Below, one piece after another: positions 1 through 13,122 of a stretch of 64,000 bases of DNA; position 1 is the stretch's first letter, and each line of letters begins with the position of its first letter. The position numbers were made by a program, and so were the translations under genes. The notes below the pieces were generated by a model. That model saw only the letters and a list, made by a program, of their open reading frames with translations. It made no database searches and was not told the origin of the DNA. Source of the DNA: Octopus vulgaris (Eukaryota); contig OX597823.1 in the NCBI GenBank assembly GCA_951406725.2, forward strand, positions 17,608,001-17,672,000, written 5' to 3'.

Positions 1-166
1 TTTATATATCGAACAATATTACAGTATATATAACAGCCATCTGATAGACATCCTACAAGCTACCCTAATCCGACCCTACATTATCGGTGCACATAAAACC
101 TGCCGTCTGTTATTTTCTTGAACTTGGGCGAATTCTAAGAAGAATAAAACATGACTACTCTTGCAG

Positions 167-357
167 GTGTGAAGGCACGTAGCCAACTGATTATCGTTGG
201 GCACACAATCTATGGATGGGGCTTCGATTCCTGAAGTTAACCTTGAGATGGACTAGCGTCCTGTTCAGGTGGAAGCGGTGTAATCTCAGTCACTAGAATG
301 CCGTGGAAACTGTGTTAAGGCTTGGCGCTATGAGTCATAGGGTTCATGAGAGACCTA
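167..357 (+). mobile_element. Old tRNA-derived SINE relic
   Basis: Decayed A/B boxes and gatggactagcgtcctgttcagg body resembling family B. Confidence 0.5.
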
Positions 358-433
358 AATCTTGCGAGTACCATCATCTGAGTAAACAAATATCCTCGAA
401 CTAGTTAATGCTTTCAAGTACTTTGTCTTAAAT

Positions 434-521
434 CAGGGGTCTCCAAAGTGGTCGATATCGACCCCTGGGGATCGATGAGACTATTCAAGGGGTCGATAAA
501 TGCCTGAAACTGCACAGCTAC

Positions 522-560
<39 letters not shown>

Positions 561-646
561 TATTTTTCTTGTACATGCTTGGGGGTCGATGAGGCGTCAA
601 GGGTTTCATGAAGAGGTCGGGAGTCTAAAAAATTTAGAGACAACTG
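434..646. mobile_element. hAT-like MITE containing (TAA)n
   Basis: TIRs caggggtctccaaa / tttagagacaactg; subterminal ggggtcga motifs; 8-bp flanks only 5/8 identical. Confidence 0.6.
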
Positions 647-715
647 CTTTGAATTGTTGTTCACCAAGATTTAAACACAGGTATTTATAAAAAAAAAAAA
701 AAATGAAAGAAAATA

Positions 716-1010
716 TGTGAAGGCGCATGGCCTAGTGGTTAGGGTGTCAGCACCATGATCATAAGATTGTGGGTTCGATTCCTGGAAGGGATGGCACATT
801 GTGTTCTTGAGCAAAACACTCCATTTCACGTTGCTCCAGTCCGCTCAGCTGTAAATGGGAAATCATGCGACAGAATAGTCTTCCAATCAGGGGGGATGTT
901 GACCAGCTCGCCTTGCCAGTGAGGTAGCTTTATTCGAAGGCTAAAACAATGCGAAGCGCATTGTAACCAGCGTTTTACAACCTCATCTGATAGCCTGGTC
1001 AATACTGCGA
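716..1010 (+). mobile_element. SINE with family-D head and alternative tail
   Basis: tggcctagtgg A box, ggttcgattcc B box; tail ggctaaaacaatgcgaagcgcattgt shared with 47270 and 60016 copies. Confidence 0.75.
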
Positions 1011-1116
1011 TTTACAAACATAGGTTTCTTATACGTTAAGTATATTTTTGTGTGTGCATGCTTATGTCTATATTTGTGTATGTATGTATTGGCGTGTAGA
1101 ATTTTAAAGTCAACGT

Positions 1117-1315
1117 TCTTTTATTCTTTTATTTGTTTCAGTCATTTGACTGTGGCTATGCTGGAGCACCACCTTTAGTCGAGCAAATCGAACCCAGGAC
1201 TGATTCTTTGTAAGCCCAGGACTTATTCTATCGGTCTCTCTTGCCGAACCGTTAAGTTACGGGGACGTAAACACACCAGAATCGGTTGTCAAGCGATGTT
1301 GGGGGGACAAACACA

Positions 1316-1410
<95 letters not shown>

Positions 1411-1573
1411 GACAGGCTTCTTTCAGTTTCCGTCTACCAAATCCACTCACAAGGCTTTGGTCGGCCCGAGGCTATAGTAGAAGACACTTGCCCAAGGTAC
1501 CACGCAGTGGGACTGAACCCGGAACCATGTGGTTGGTAAACAAGCTACTTACCACACAGCCACCCCTGCGCCT
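1117..1573 (-). mobile_element. SINE family A (tRNA/CORE-like head, internal microsatellite, CR1-type tail)
   Basis: About nine near-identical copies in window; A box tggctgtgtgg, B box ggttcagtccc, accttgggcaagtg CORE-like motif. Confidence 0.9.
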
Positions 1574-2178
1574 TATTTACAAACTTAGTGTTAAGTCCTT
1601 CCAAAATTTCTCAAGTAGATTAAAATTAGATACTCGGGACAATATTGTTGTTCGTTGATAATGTTTACATCACAAACGGATATTATAAGATGAAGGCAAG
1701 GGTAACGTGATATTTCTTTTGCCGTATGACTAGTTTTTTTAATCAAGATATGGCTTTAAAATCTCAGTTGCCCGCTCCGCTACTTTACACTCCCCATGGA
1801 ATTATATTAAACTTGCTGTTATAAACCCATTGATTGGTCCTCTCAACGAAAAGGAACTGAGGGTTTTTATTGCACAGTCTTATACATCGAAGTCTTCTAA
1901 GAAGTGATTATCTTTATAAAAACAATTTCTTTTAAGTTTTTTTTTTTTGTTGCATTTTTTGCTTTTAAAACATTTAAAATGGTTTTAGTCAGGACGAGAG
2001 GGGAGTTCAGATGATGATTTAATGAGCTTCCAAGGCTGGTGGCAGAAAGTAGAGAGGTGTCTTTAAGCTGGAGACCTGGTCCGAATGCTTGCAACAGGGC
2101 GAACTTCGCTAAAAGCACCAAAGATTCCGGATGCTAGTGTTAAACCGGGAAATGAATTATATCTAACTTAACTAGGTC

Positions 2179-2490
2179 GTGGAGGCACATGGCCTAGTGG
2201 TTAGAGCAGCGAACTCGCGGTCGAGGGATCGCGGTTTCGAATCTCAGACCGGACGATGTGTGTGTTTATGAGCGAAACACCTGACCTCCACGCGGCTCCG
2301 GCAGAAGGTAATGGCAAACTTCTGCTGACTCTTTCGCCACAATTTTCTCTCACTCTTTCCTCCTGCATCTTGCAGCTCAACTGCGACGGACCAGCGTCCC
2401 GTCCAGGTGGGGAACCTATACGCCAAGGAAACCGAGAAACCAGCCCTTATGAGTCAGATATGGCTCGAGAAGAAACAAACAAAACAAAAC
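2179..2490 (+). mobile_element. SINE family B (tRNA-derived)
   Basis: tggcctagtggttag and gtttcgaatctc boxes; copies at 4102, 33328, 48769; (aaac)n tail. Confidence 0.9.
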
Positions 2491-2599
2491 TTAACTAGGT
2501 CACATTGGGAATTGAACTCAGAGGGAAAAGAACCAGAAAAATTACATGAAGGTATCTGAACTGATACTTCTTTTACGGGCTCTGAAAATAGGAAAGGCA

Positions 2600-2915
2600 A
2601 CGTTGACGGGATTTGAACTCAGGGCGCCAACAATCAAAAATACTGCCAGGTTTTCTATCTGATGCATATCACAACTTTGCAGCAAAGATTCAATGTATAT
2701 TGGTCTCAAATTTTGGCACGAGGTTAGCAACTTCGGGGTAGGAGGTAAGTCGATTACACTGACCCAAGTGTACAACTGGTACTTATTTTATTGACCTCGA
2801 AAGGATCAAAGGTAAGGTCTATCCTGGCGACATTTGAACTCAGTCTGTGGACTCGCAAGAAATGGCTCTAAGCATTTTTCCTGCGCGGTAACGATTCTGT
2901 CAGCTCACCACCTGA
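2600..2915 (-). mobile_element. Decayed family E (Nin-domain) SINE copies
   Basis: ctggtacttattttattgacctcgaaaggatcaaagg similar to family E. Confidence 0.6.
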
Positions 2916-3430
2916 AGATTTCTATCTAAGTTACGTTCATTTGAGTATAAACCTCTTCCATAGTCTGTATTGCATCCGGAATTAATGTGTCCAATATTAT
3001 AGAATCTTCACAAAAAATAGAAGGGGACCAAATTTTCTGCTCGTCTTGCGATATATTTCATATGTTAAAACATTATATATAAATGTTAGTAAATAAGCTA
3101 GCATCGCACAAAACGTTGGCACATTTTTCATATCTAACTGTTGACTTACCTTTAGTTTTTAAAACAAAATAGTATAGTATAGGAGTTGGGCGGGGGTCAT
3201 AAACCGGATGTGTAGTCATCGTTGTAATATTCGATGGAAGCACACAGATATACATATGTATGTTGATATGTATGCAGAAACAAAAATACATACACAAACA
3301 CGCCCATACAATGAAACGTGCACATATACACATGTCAGTATATAAGCGCTGGAGTTTATTCGAGTATGTATAAAAGTGCTAAGCACCCCTGTGATGGAAT
3401 TATGTAAAGTCTATTGCGTATATATGTGCG

Positions 3431-3780
3431 TATGTATGTATGTATGTATGTATGTATGTATGTATGTATGTATGTATGTATGTGTGTGTATGTATGTATG
3501 TGTGTGTATGTATGTATGTATGTATGTATGTGTGTATGTATGTATGTATGTATGTGTGTGTATGTGTGTATGTATGTATGTATGTATGTATGTATGTATG
3601 TATGTGTGTGTATGTATGTGTGTATGTATGTATATATGTATGTATGTATGTGTGTATGTGTGTGTATGTATGTATGTATGTGTGTATGTATGTATGTGTG
3701 TATGTGTGTATGTATGTGTGTATGTATGTATGTATGTATGTATGTATGTATGTATGTATGTATGTATGTATGTGTGTGTG
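3431..3780. repeat. (TATG)n/(TG)n compound microsatellite
   Basis: Direct reading. Confidence 0.97.
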
Positions 3781-4101
3781 TTTGTATTTGTGCGTGCAAT
3801 AAATATGTGATTAAATCTATACCACAGCTTCTTGCAGATATATGACCGGATACTTAATAAGTATAAAAGTAAGGATGTAAATCTACTTCATTTTTATTGA
3901 CGTTCGCTACTGTCATGTCAGGCACTCCCATGAAACTATGCTACGGTTTTTAATTGCATAGGTATTTACATACATATATGTACATACGTACTTATCTTCT
4001 TCAATAAATGTCTACAAACATGCAGACGTACGTGCATAGTACATGCATCCGTACTCACATACGTACCTGTATACTTACATACTAACACATATATACAAAA
4101 A

Positions 4102-4410
4102 TTGTTGTTTGTTCCTTCTCGAGCCATGCCTGGCTCAAAAGAGCCGGTTCCCCGGTTTTCTTGGCGAATAGGTTCCCCACCTGGACGGGACGCTGGTCCG
4201 TCGCAAGTGAGCTGCAAGATGCAGGAGGAAAGAGTGAGAGAAAACTGTGGCGAAAGAGTCAGCAGAAGTTCGCCATTACCTTCTGCCGGAGCCACATGGA
4301 GCTTAGGTGTTACGCTCATAAACACACACAACCCCCGGTCTGAGATTCGAACATGCGATCCCTCGACCGCGAGTTCGCTGCTCTAACCACTAGGCCATGT
4401 GCCTCCACAC
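4102..4410 (-). mobile_element. SINE family B
   Basis: Reverse complement of 2179-2490. Confidence 0.9.
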
Positions 4411-4578
4411 ATACAAACATAAACATAGCTAAATGTATATTACTTGGAGATTCTACATGGTCGCTCGGTCTATAAGAAATAGCAGCAAAATCCTATACTA
4501 CCTTCTTGATAAAGAACACGTCAGCTAATTTGCGTTTTGGTTATGTGCATATAGAAAATACACAGGAGAGTCATAGCT

Positions 4579-4757
4579 GGGACGTTTTTGACTAAATGCA
4601 ATTGTTCGGGACGCTTTTGACTAAATGCAATAGTCCGGGACGTTTTTGACTAAATGCAATAGTCCGGGACGCTTTTGACTAAATGCAATAGTCCGGGACG
4701 CTTTTGACTAAATGCAATAGTCCGGGACGCTTTTGACTAAATGCAATAGTCCGGGAC
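4579..4757. repeat. 29-bp minisatellite x6 (gggacgcttttgactaaatgcaatagtcc)
   Basis: Six adjacent units with no spacers. Confidence 0.95.
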
Positions 4758-4948
4758 AATTAGCTCTAACTGAATTAAAAGATACAAACGTTAACCACAA
4801 TGGGTGGAGCCATGGACTTGTAATGAGTTATACAACATGGATATGTATTATAGTTATGGTTGTTTAGCCCAAGGTTAGCGCAATTGGGGTCAGATGAAAG
4901 AGGGTTTCAACCACAATCGTCTGATTATTTTTCTTTATTCGCACATGT

Positions 4949-5275
4949 GTTGAAGGCGCATGGCTCAGTGGTTAGAGCGTCGGGCTTACAATCATGCGGT
5001 AGTGAGTTCGACTGCCGGACCGGGTTGTGTGTTGTGTTCTTGAGCAAGACACTTTATTTCACGTTGCTACAGTTCATTCAGTTGTAGAAATGAGTTGCAA
5101 CGTCGCTGGTGTATCGGTCTTTGCCTTTTCCTTGGATAACATCGGTGGTGCTGATAGAGGTGGCACGGGTGACTGTTGGTCTTCCATAAACAAACTTGCC
5201 CGGACATGTCCCTCGGAGGGGAACTTTCTAAGTGCAATCCCATGGTCATTTATGACCGAAGGGGCTCTTTACCCA
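4949..5275 (+). mobile_element. SINE family D with 14-bp TSD
   Basis: TSD ttattcgcacatgt at 4935-4948 and 5276-5289; A/B boxes. Confidence 0.9.
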
Positions 5276-5579
5276 TTATTCGCACATGTCATGTTTAGAT
5301 CTACGCCCTTATTTTATTTTAATTTATTTCATTTATTTATTTATTTATTTGAAGAAGGCGGGATATGATTTGAGCTGGATTTGACTGTTTTTGCTGAGAA
5401 GACAAGCGCGGTTGCTTGGACCGAGGTACAGTTTAGCACCAACACTTGGCCCTTGGCTATATTGAGCAGAGCCACTTCGTTGCCAATATTCTCCGGTCTC
5501 AAAATAACTTCCTCCTATCGATCTTGAAGGCACAGGAAAGGGTTATGTCTACTGCCCTTACTCTTTCCTCTAAGCTTTA

Positions 5580-6124
5580 TTTTATTTATTTTATTTTATC
5601 TAGTTTCAGCTCATGAGCTGTGGCCATGCTGGGGCACCGCCATTTGGTGTTGCTACATGATTTTACTTCACGAATGCTTTTTAGCAATTGCCATTTGATG
5701 CATGAGAGAGTTCGATGCAGCTGCCCTCATCTGCACCTCCTGCCGTGAAGTTGGTTCATCTGGGACACCTGGCAGGAAGAGATCCAGTTTTATTTTAAAG
5801 ACATCTGCATCCACCCCATGCAGGTCTCTCAGGTTCTTCGGGAGGATAATTGAAGAGCTGTGGGCCTCTGAAGCCCAGGCTATCACAGTATCTTGTCCTA
5901 CATCTTGATGGCAAATTTGGAGTCCTTGGCACTATGCAGTGGCGCCCAGTTCTAGCATTTGTGTAACTCTCGATGCCAAAGTTTGGGACAAGTCCTTCTA
6001 GGATCTTCCAGATGTATATTATAGCATATCTTTCTCGCCTACGCTCTAAGGAATAGAGTCTTAATCTCTTGAGTCTTTCTCAGTAGCTTATATGCTGCAC
6101 AGAGGCTATCTTCTTCGTGTAGCT
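5580..6124 (-). mobile_element. 5'-truncated CR1-clade LINE (ORF2 C-terminus and 3' UTR), with stop and frameshift
   Basis: ISY*ERLKRLRLYSLERRRERYAIIYIWKILEG...FKIKLDLFL; (taaaa)n tail. Confidence 0.85.
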
Positions 6125-6269
6125 TTAAGAAAATATATAGCGCCCTCTCCCATTTGTTGGCTTCAAGCAGCAAATCCTTCACTTTTTACACGGCAAGAAA
6201 CGATGAGAAGACATACTTTCATCACACACAAAACAAAAGATAATGTACAGTAAAACACTGTATATTTAC

Positions 6270-7380
<1,111 letters not shown>

Positions 7381-8044
7381 CTTACGGAATGTTAATATTT
7401 CAAATAACATATACAAGAACAATAGACAGGAAATAGAAATAAGATTAAAACAAAACAAAAAAAAACAAAGAAAAAGAAAAAAGAAACTTGATGTCTGTTG
7501 TCTGTATCTTCGGTGTTTAGAGCAAATTGTCACCAGCGAAAGAGCGGCAAAAAAAAAACTGGTTTTGGCTTAACGAAAATATTCACATATTTACACAATA
7601 TCCTCACTGTTTACTTGATCTAGCTTTTGTAACGAAGAACAATTCCCATAAACAGCAAGAATACATGTTTTAGACTTTTAGTCGGCAGTGGGGGTGGGGT
7701 AGAGCATGCCCATTAATCTTTACAAGGATTCTGAGACGGGTAGGAAGGATGCGGTGGGGATAGAGGTTTGGCCTGAATGCTTGCGAAAAGATTGGACTCG
7801 GCTAAAAGGGCCCAAGGTACGAGGTATACTGGGCGACTCTACTAGCTCTACTATTAAGTTAGGGCATGTGTCGAAATTTGATCACAGAGCAAAGGCAGAT
7901 TCCGCCAGTTCACAGTCTAAAATCGGTACCGTACTTTATCGATCCGCCAATGATGAAAGATAAAAATGGCGTAGACAGGATTTGAACTCAGAATCTAAGG
8001 TACCGGAATATATACTATAATACATTTCCTTAGTTGTTCTAAGG

Positions 8045-8570
8045 ATAGAGCGTCGGGTTCACAATCATGAGGTAGTGAGTTCGATTCCTGGATTGAGCTA
8101 TGTGTTGTGTTCTTGAGCAAGACACTTTATTTCACGTTGCTCCAGTTCACTCAGCTGTAGGAATGAGTTGCAGCGTCACTCGTGGTAAGCTGTATCGGCC
8201 CCTTTACCTTTTCCTTGGATAGCATCAGTGGTGTAGAGAGGGGAGGTTGGTATGCATGACCGACTGTTGGTCTGTTATAAGCAACCTTGCCCGGACTTGT
8301 GCATCGGACTTGTGCACGAAAAATGTTAAACTGTCGTATGCCCAAATTTGACCAAGTCGTCAATTTCGCCTGATGATCTCACTGGTGTGAAACTCGAGTC
8401 GCGAGACAAATTCTCAGCTTTAGTTTGAAAGCTGTGAGTATGTGTACGTGCGCACGCGCGTGTGTGAGCGTGTATATGTGGTGAATTAGCTGAGTCGTTA
8501 GAACGACTAAAAGAAGGCAAATGCCCTCTTCGGTCATGAATAACCATGGGATTGCACCTAGAAAGTTCCC
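8045..8570 (+). mobile_element. SINE family D whose 3' end is flipped by a local inversion (8309-8570)
   Basis: 5' part + strand to 8308; missing 3' end present reversed at 8529-8570. Confidence 0.75.
8366..8404 (+). ncRNA. Minimal type-I hammerhead ribozyme motif (Penelope-like), stem II degenerate
   Basis: tcgc-CTGATGA-12nt-GAAA-ctcgag-TC-gcga; palindromic helix III ACTCGAGT, GUC triplet. Confidence 0.6.
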
Positions 8571-8695
8571 GTCTACCAACTCCACTCACAAGGCTTTGGT
8601 CGGCCTGAGGCTATAGTAGAAGACACTTGCCCTAGGTGCCACGCAGTGGGACTAAATCCGGAACTATGTGGTTGGTAAGCAAGCTACTTACCACA
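8571..8695 (-). mobile_element. SINE family A, head fragment
   Basis: Identity to other A copies. Confidence 0.85.
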
Positions 8696-9216
8696 ATGAC
8701 GAAGGGAGGGAAAAAGAGCAGTTAAAGCCAACTCCATGCGTGTTGAATGGCCGTTGTTTTTAAAAATGTAAATACAATAAAAGTAAACGGACTTTTCTCT
8801 TTGATACGGAAATGATATAAGGCGGGCGAGATAAATGAAGTCTATTTTATTAGTTATTGTGGTGAATACAAAATTAGTTACACGTTTAATGTACAAACTA
8901 GATAAATCAATTTTGAAAAATTAATTTAATTTAGAAACACATTTTACGATCTTCCGTTGTATATACCCTATTTTAAGAAAAAAATATAAATAACTATAAA
9001 ATATATTTACCTTCATTTATCCACAACAATTCGTAACCCAAGATATTCAATATATTGAAAAAAATGAAAGAAGGAGAAGAAACAAACTTCGTCCACATTC
9101 AAACACGCTTTCTAATCTGCTGCTGGGCCGATAGCGGCAAATTATGTATGTATGTATGTATGTATGTATGTATGTATGTATGTATGTATGTATGTATGTA
9201 TGTATGTATGTATGTA

Positions 9217-9417
9217 TGTGACCTCGTGTGTACCGTTGGCGATTTTGTTTCCTCTGTTTTCCCTTCTCTGGATCTTTCCTTCTCCTATGTTTCCGAAGAT
9301 GAGCTCCGCTCGAAACGTTAAACCCTCCTTCTTTCCTTCTTTCCTGAGCGTCCAATAATACTATATTTGTTCCACGTCCTCCCGTTGTTATGTTTTTTTG
9401 TGCTTTCTTGTTTGGAT

Positions 9418-9421
<4 letters not shown>
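9217..9421 (+). mobile_element. Probable Penelope-like terminal fragment with variant hammerhead at 9289-9323
   Basis: gttt-CCGAAGA-tgagc tcc gctc-GAAA-cgtt-aaac, set between microsatellites. Confidence 0.5.
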
Positions 9422-9462
<41 letters not shown>

Positions 9463-9541
9463 ATAATAATATTAGGGAGTAAATCCAAATTTACAGGGGA
9501 AAATTAGATTTAGGATTAAATCTAATTTCACAGTATAAATT

Positions 9542-9883
9542 TAATTTAATTAGAGATAAAACCACTATTAGGCAAATCAAACAGTGAAAAACATAAACCA
9601 AAACATAAAAATAATGATATTAATATAATTTACAAAATATATAAAATATAAAATTTAAAATTTACATTATTCAAATTTAAAATGATTGATTTATATTTAT
9701 ATTTAAAAAAAATTATAAATACAAATATAAATATAAATTAATAATTTTAAGTTTGAATAATTTAAATTTTCAATTCTATATTTTATATATTTTGTAAAAT
9801 ATATTAATATCTTTATTTTTGTTTTGGTTTATGTTTTTCACTGTTTGATTTACCTAATAGTGGTTTTATCTCTAATTAAATTA
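9542..9883. repeat. ~340-bp AT-rich near-perfect palindrome
   Basis: taatttaattagagataaaaccactattagg... mirrored by ...cctaatagtggttttatctctaattaaatta. Confidence 0.9.
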
Positions 9884-9897
9884 TATATATACACACA

Positions 9898-10109
9898 CAA
9901 GGTGGGCTGAAAGCAGGTTTACAGTTATCACGTAGGCACTTTAAATTTCTTTTAAAACATTTTATTACATTTAAATTTCTATCTTACAATTAACTAAATT
10001 AGCATAGAATAATGGTTTCATGCTTTTTTATAATTAAGATCTAAACTGTTAATATATGAATGCGAAAGAGATAATTGAATAACTGTAAACCTACTTTTGG
10101 CCCACCCTG
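9898..10109. mobile_element. Tc1/mariner-type MITE
   Basis: TIRs caaggtgggctgaaagcaggtttacagtta / taactgtaaacctacttttggcccaccctg, followed by TA. Confidence 0.8.
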
Positions 10110-10144
10110 TATATATATTTTTTCTTGTTTGCATCACCATATCA

Positions 10145-10225
<81 letters not shown>

Positions 10226-10492
10226 AATTAGTAAATAAATGGCACAACTAAGTACCGATATTTACTGGAAATAGCGAACGTAAAAATACGACGCTAATGT
10301 GTAGCTTCACCGCGTATGTATTAGCAAAAATGCGCGTGTGCAACAAATTAGAGAAAAAAAAACCCGTCTTACCTCCAGGGAGAACATCTGAAAGATGAAA
10401 CACCCGGAAAAGGATAATGTGGTACCTGCAGGTTTCAGGTTTTACAAGATATGTCTCTCACCCATATTTTGTTTTACCTTCATCAGCCAAAC

Positions 10493-10524
<32 letters not shown>

Positions 10525-11410
10525 GTATGTTTGTATGTATGTATGTATGTATGTATGTATGTATGTATGTATGTATGTATGTATGTATCTATGTATGTAA
10601 GTTTGTATACATGACTGCATATGCATATTTTTGTTCATGTGTGTGCGTGCGTTAACTAGTTGAAAATCTATAAAGAAAAGAGGTGCCAACAAGTTCATTG
10701 ACCATTAAATGTTTGTATTATTTTTTTTATTAAATAAAAGGCAAGCAGAGGTCATGCAGTCTTCTGTTTTATGGCATATTGGTTTCTTATAATTCAACTT
10801 GCACTGCTCACAGCTTGTTTAATAAATATGTGCTCTCTCCATGATCATCGAAACTTTAAATGCAAATAAGTCATGTTGATTTTAAGGTTACAATCATACA
10901 ACGAAGCTCTTATGGAGTTTTAGATAATAATAATAAAAAGATACAATTACTGCAGCTGATATAAATATTCTAAAAGTTAGCTTTAATCGATAGTCACCGA
11001 AGTTTAATTAAAATAATTATCATAAATACAATTGAATCAATATTTCTGATCGTTAGAGTTAGCTCCAATAGTTTCGAGTAGAATGCTATTACTCACTAAA
11101 CATGTGTGAGTCGTATTTAGATGTCTTTTCAATATTAGTGCATCTGCACTATATTATGTAAAATGAAATTCCTGGACATTGAGCCTTGACATTTATTGGT
11201 TTTATAATATATCTGCTGGCTATAGTATGCATATTTTTTGAATCAACAAAACATTTGTATGACTGCAACTGCTGCTGGGGTTTTGTGTATAAAGTTGGAA
11301 GATAATTACTTGGCAGAACGACGATCCAATATCGCAAGATAGTTTCAATTCTTGGTTGCTGCTATTTAAGTTCTAGCTTCAAAAAAAAAAAAAAGTTTTA
11401 ATGAAAGTTA

Positions 11411-11568
11411 TGGAGTGGCTGTGTGGTAAGTAGCTCGCTTTCCAACGACATGGTTCCGGGTTCAGTCCCACTGCGTTGCACCATGGGCAAGTGTTTTCTA
11501 CTATAGCCTCGGGCCAACCAAAAGCCTTGTGAGTGGATTTGGTAGACAGAAACTGAAAGAAGCCCGTC

Positions 11569-11630
<62 letters not shown>

Positions 11631-11682
11631 TTGTGTGTATATGATATATATATATATATATATATATATACTTGTGTGTATA

Positions 11683-11713
<31 letters not shown>

Positions 11714-11945
11714 CTTGTGTGTATATGATATATATATATATATACTTGTGTGTATATGTTTGTGTGTCTGTGTTTGTCCTCCCAACATCGCTTGACAACC
11801 AATGCTGGTGTGTTTACATCTCCGTAACTTAGCGGTTCGGCAAAAGAGACCGATAGAATAAGTACTAGGCTTACAAAGAATAAGTCCTGGGGTCGATTTG
11901 CTGAAACAAGTAAAAGAGTAAAAAGAGTAAAAAGAGTAAAAAGTA
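11411..11945 (+). mobile_element. SINE family A
   Basis: Full head, expanded internal (TA)n, (gtaaaaaga)n tail. Confidence 0.9.
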
Positions 11946-12140
11946 TCTAAATATCTGAAGCTCAAGTCAACTTCCATAAATCCACGATATGGTACGAAAG
12001 CAAATAATTATCTTCACAAAATATTGTGAATTTTCTTCGCAGAAACAGTTGACGTAACATTGAAATAGGATTTTCTGTTATGAGAATAGTAGGTTATGAA
12101 TTAGTGTAAAATATTTTGTACTGAGGCTTGGTAAGCAACT

Positions 12141-12921
12141 TCTTTTTTATTACCCATAAAGGGCTACATAGAGACACTTTGCAAAACATAAACTCGGGGA
12201 ACTAAAATTTTCAAAAAGGAAATCGAGTGAAGAAGAAAAAATAAAAGAAAAGAATGAAATTATGAAAGAATGATAAAAATGAAGCGCAATGCCCACTCGA
12301 ACCCCGAAGTCGAGTGGTTAAATTTATACATGATTTTTTACAGTCTTTCCTCTTTTTTTTTCCATTTATTTTATAAACAAAATGTTCACATGTCATCATT
12401 TTTTCTTTACTTTCCTATCTCCATTCTTCTAGGTTCCTCATATTCCAATACAGACGGAGGAGCATCGCGCAACCATATCCTGTCCACCACACTCACAAAT
12501 CCATCACGCCCCCCTTGTCCTGCACTAGAACTCCTCCGTCATCTCTGGGTAGCTTCACCCTCACCAGTACCTTCAACCCCGCTACTCTTCCTTCCACCTC
12601 CACACTCCTCTCGGAGACTATCAGGAATCCCCTTTAACTACTCCTCTGTTGTTTCCTTTTCCACTGCTTGCGCATTTCTAGGTTTAGGCTGCTCCCCAGC
12701 CCTTCGTGGCCTCTTCTCGGCTTCTGCTGCTGGTCCCTGCGAATGCTCGCCCGTTCCACTCCTCCCTCGGAGCCGACAAACCCGTTACTTCCCCCCGCCC
12801 CCTTCATCCAAATCCCCTCCTTGTCCTTGCGTCACTGATGCACTTAACATCGCTCCTGTCCTTCCTTGCTTCGGACCTCCCCTCCCTTTCCCCTTCCCGT
12901 TACCCCACCTCCACCCTCTCG
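12141..12921 (-). mobile_element. Unclassified 781-bp retroposon with 16-bp TSD
   Basis: ggcttggtaagcaact at 12125-12140 and 12922-12937; 3' end gccctttatgggtaataaaaaaga. Confidence 0.75.
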
Positions 12922-13122
12922 GGCTTGGTAAGCAACTGAAGGCTCTAGTGTTCCCTATGTATATCTATGGTTTAGTATCTGTGCAAGTGTGCGTAGACTT
13001 TAACATCTCTATAATGACAATCTTATCAATTATAAAGATTACGTGCTGCAATAATATGCATGGAATAAATGGTTACAGAGGAACAATATTGTCTTTTATT
13101 CATATGATTATTAGGATGGGTG

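Noticed and set aside
2179-2255. tRNA genes at SINE heads
   Set aside because: A/B boxes present, but no convincing cloverleaf and they continue into SINE bodies.
4579-4757. CRISPR-like 29-bp repeats
   Set aside because: No spacers, no cas genes, eukaryotic context.
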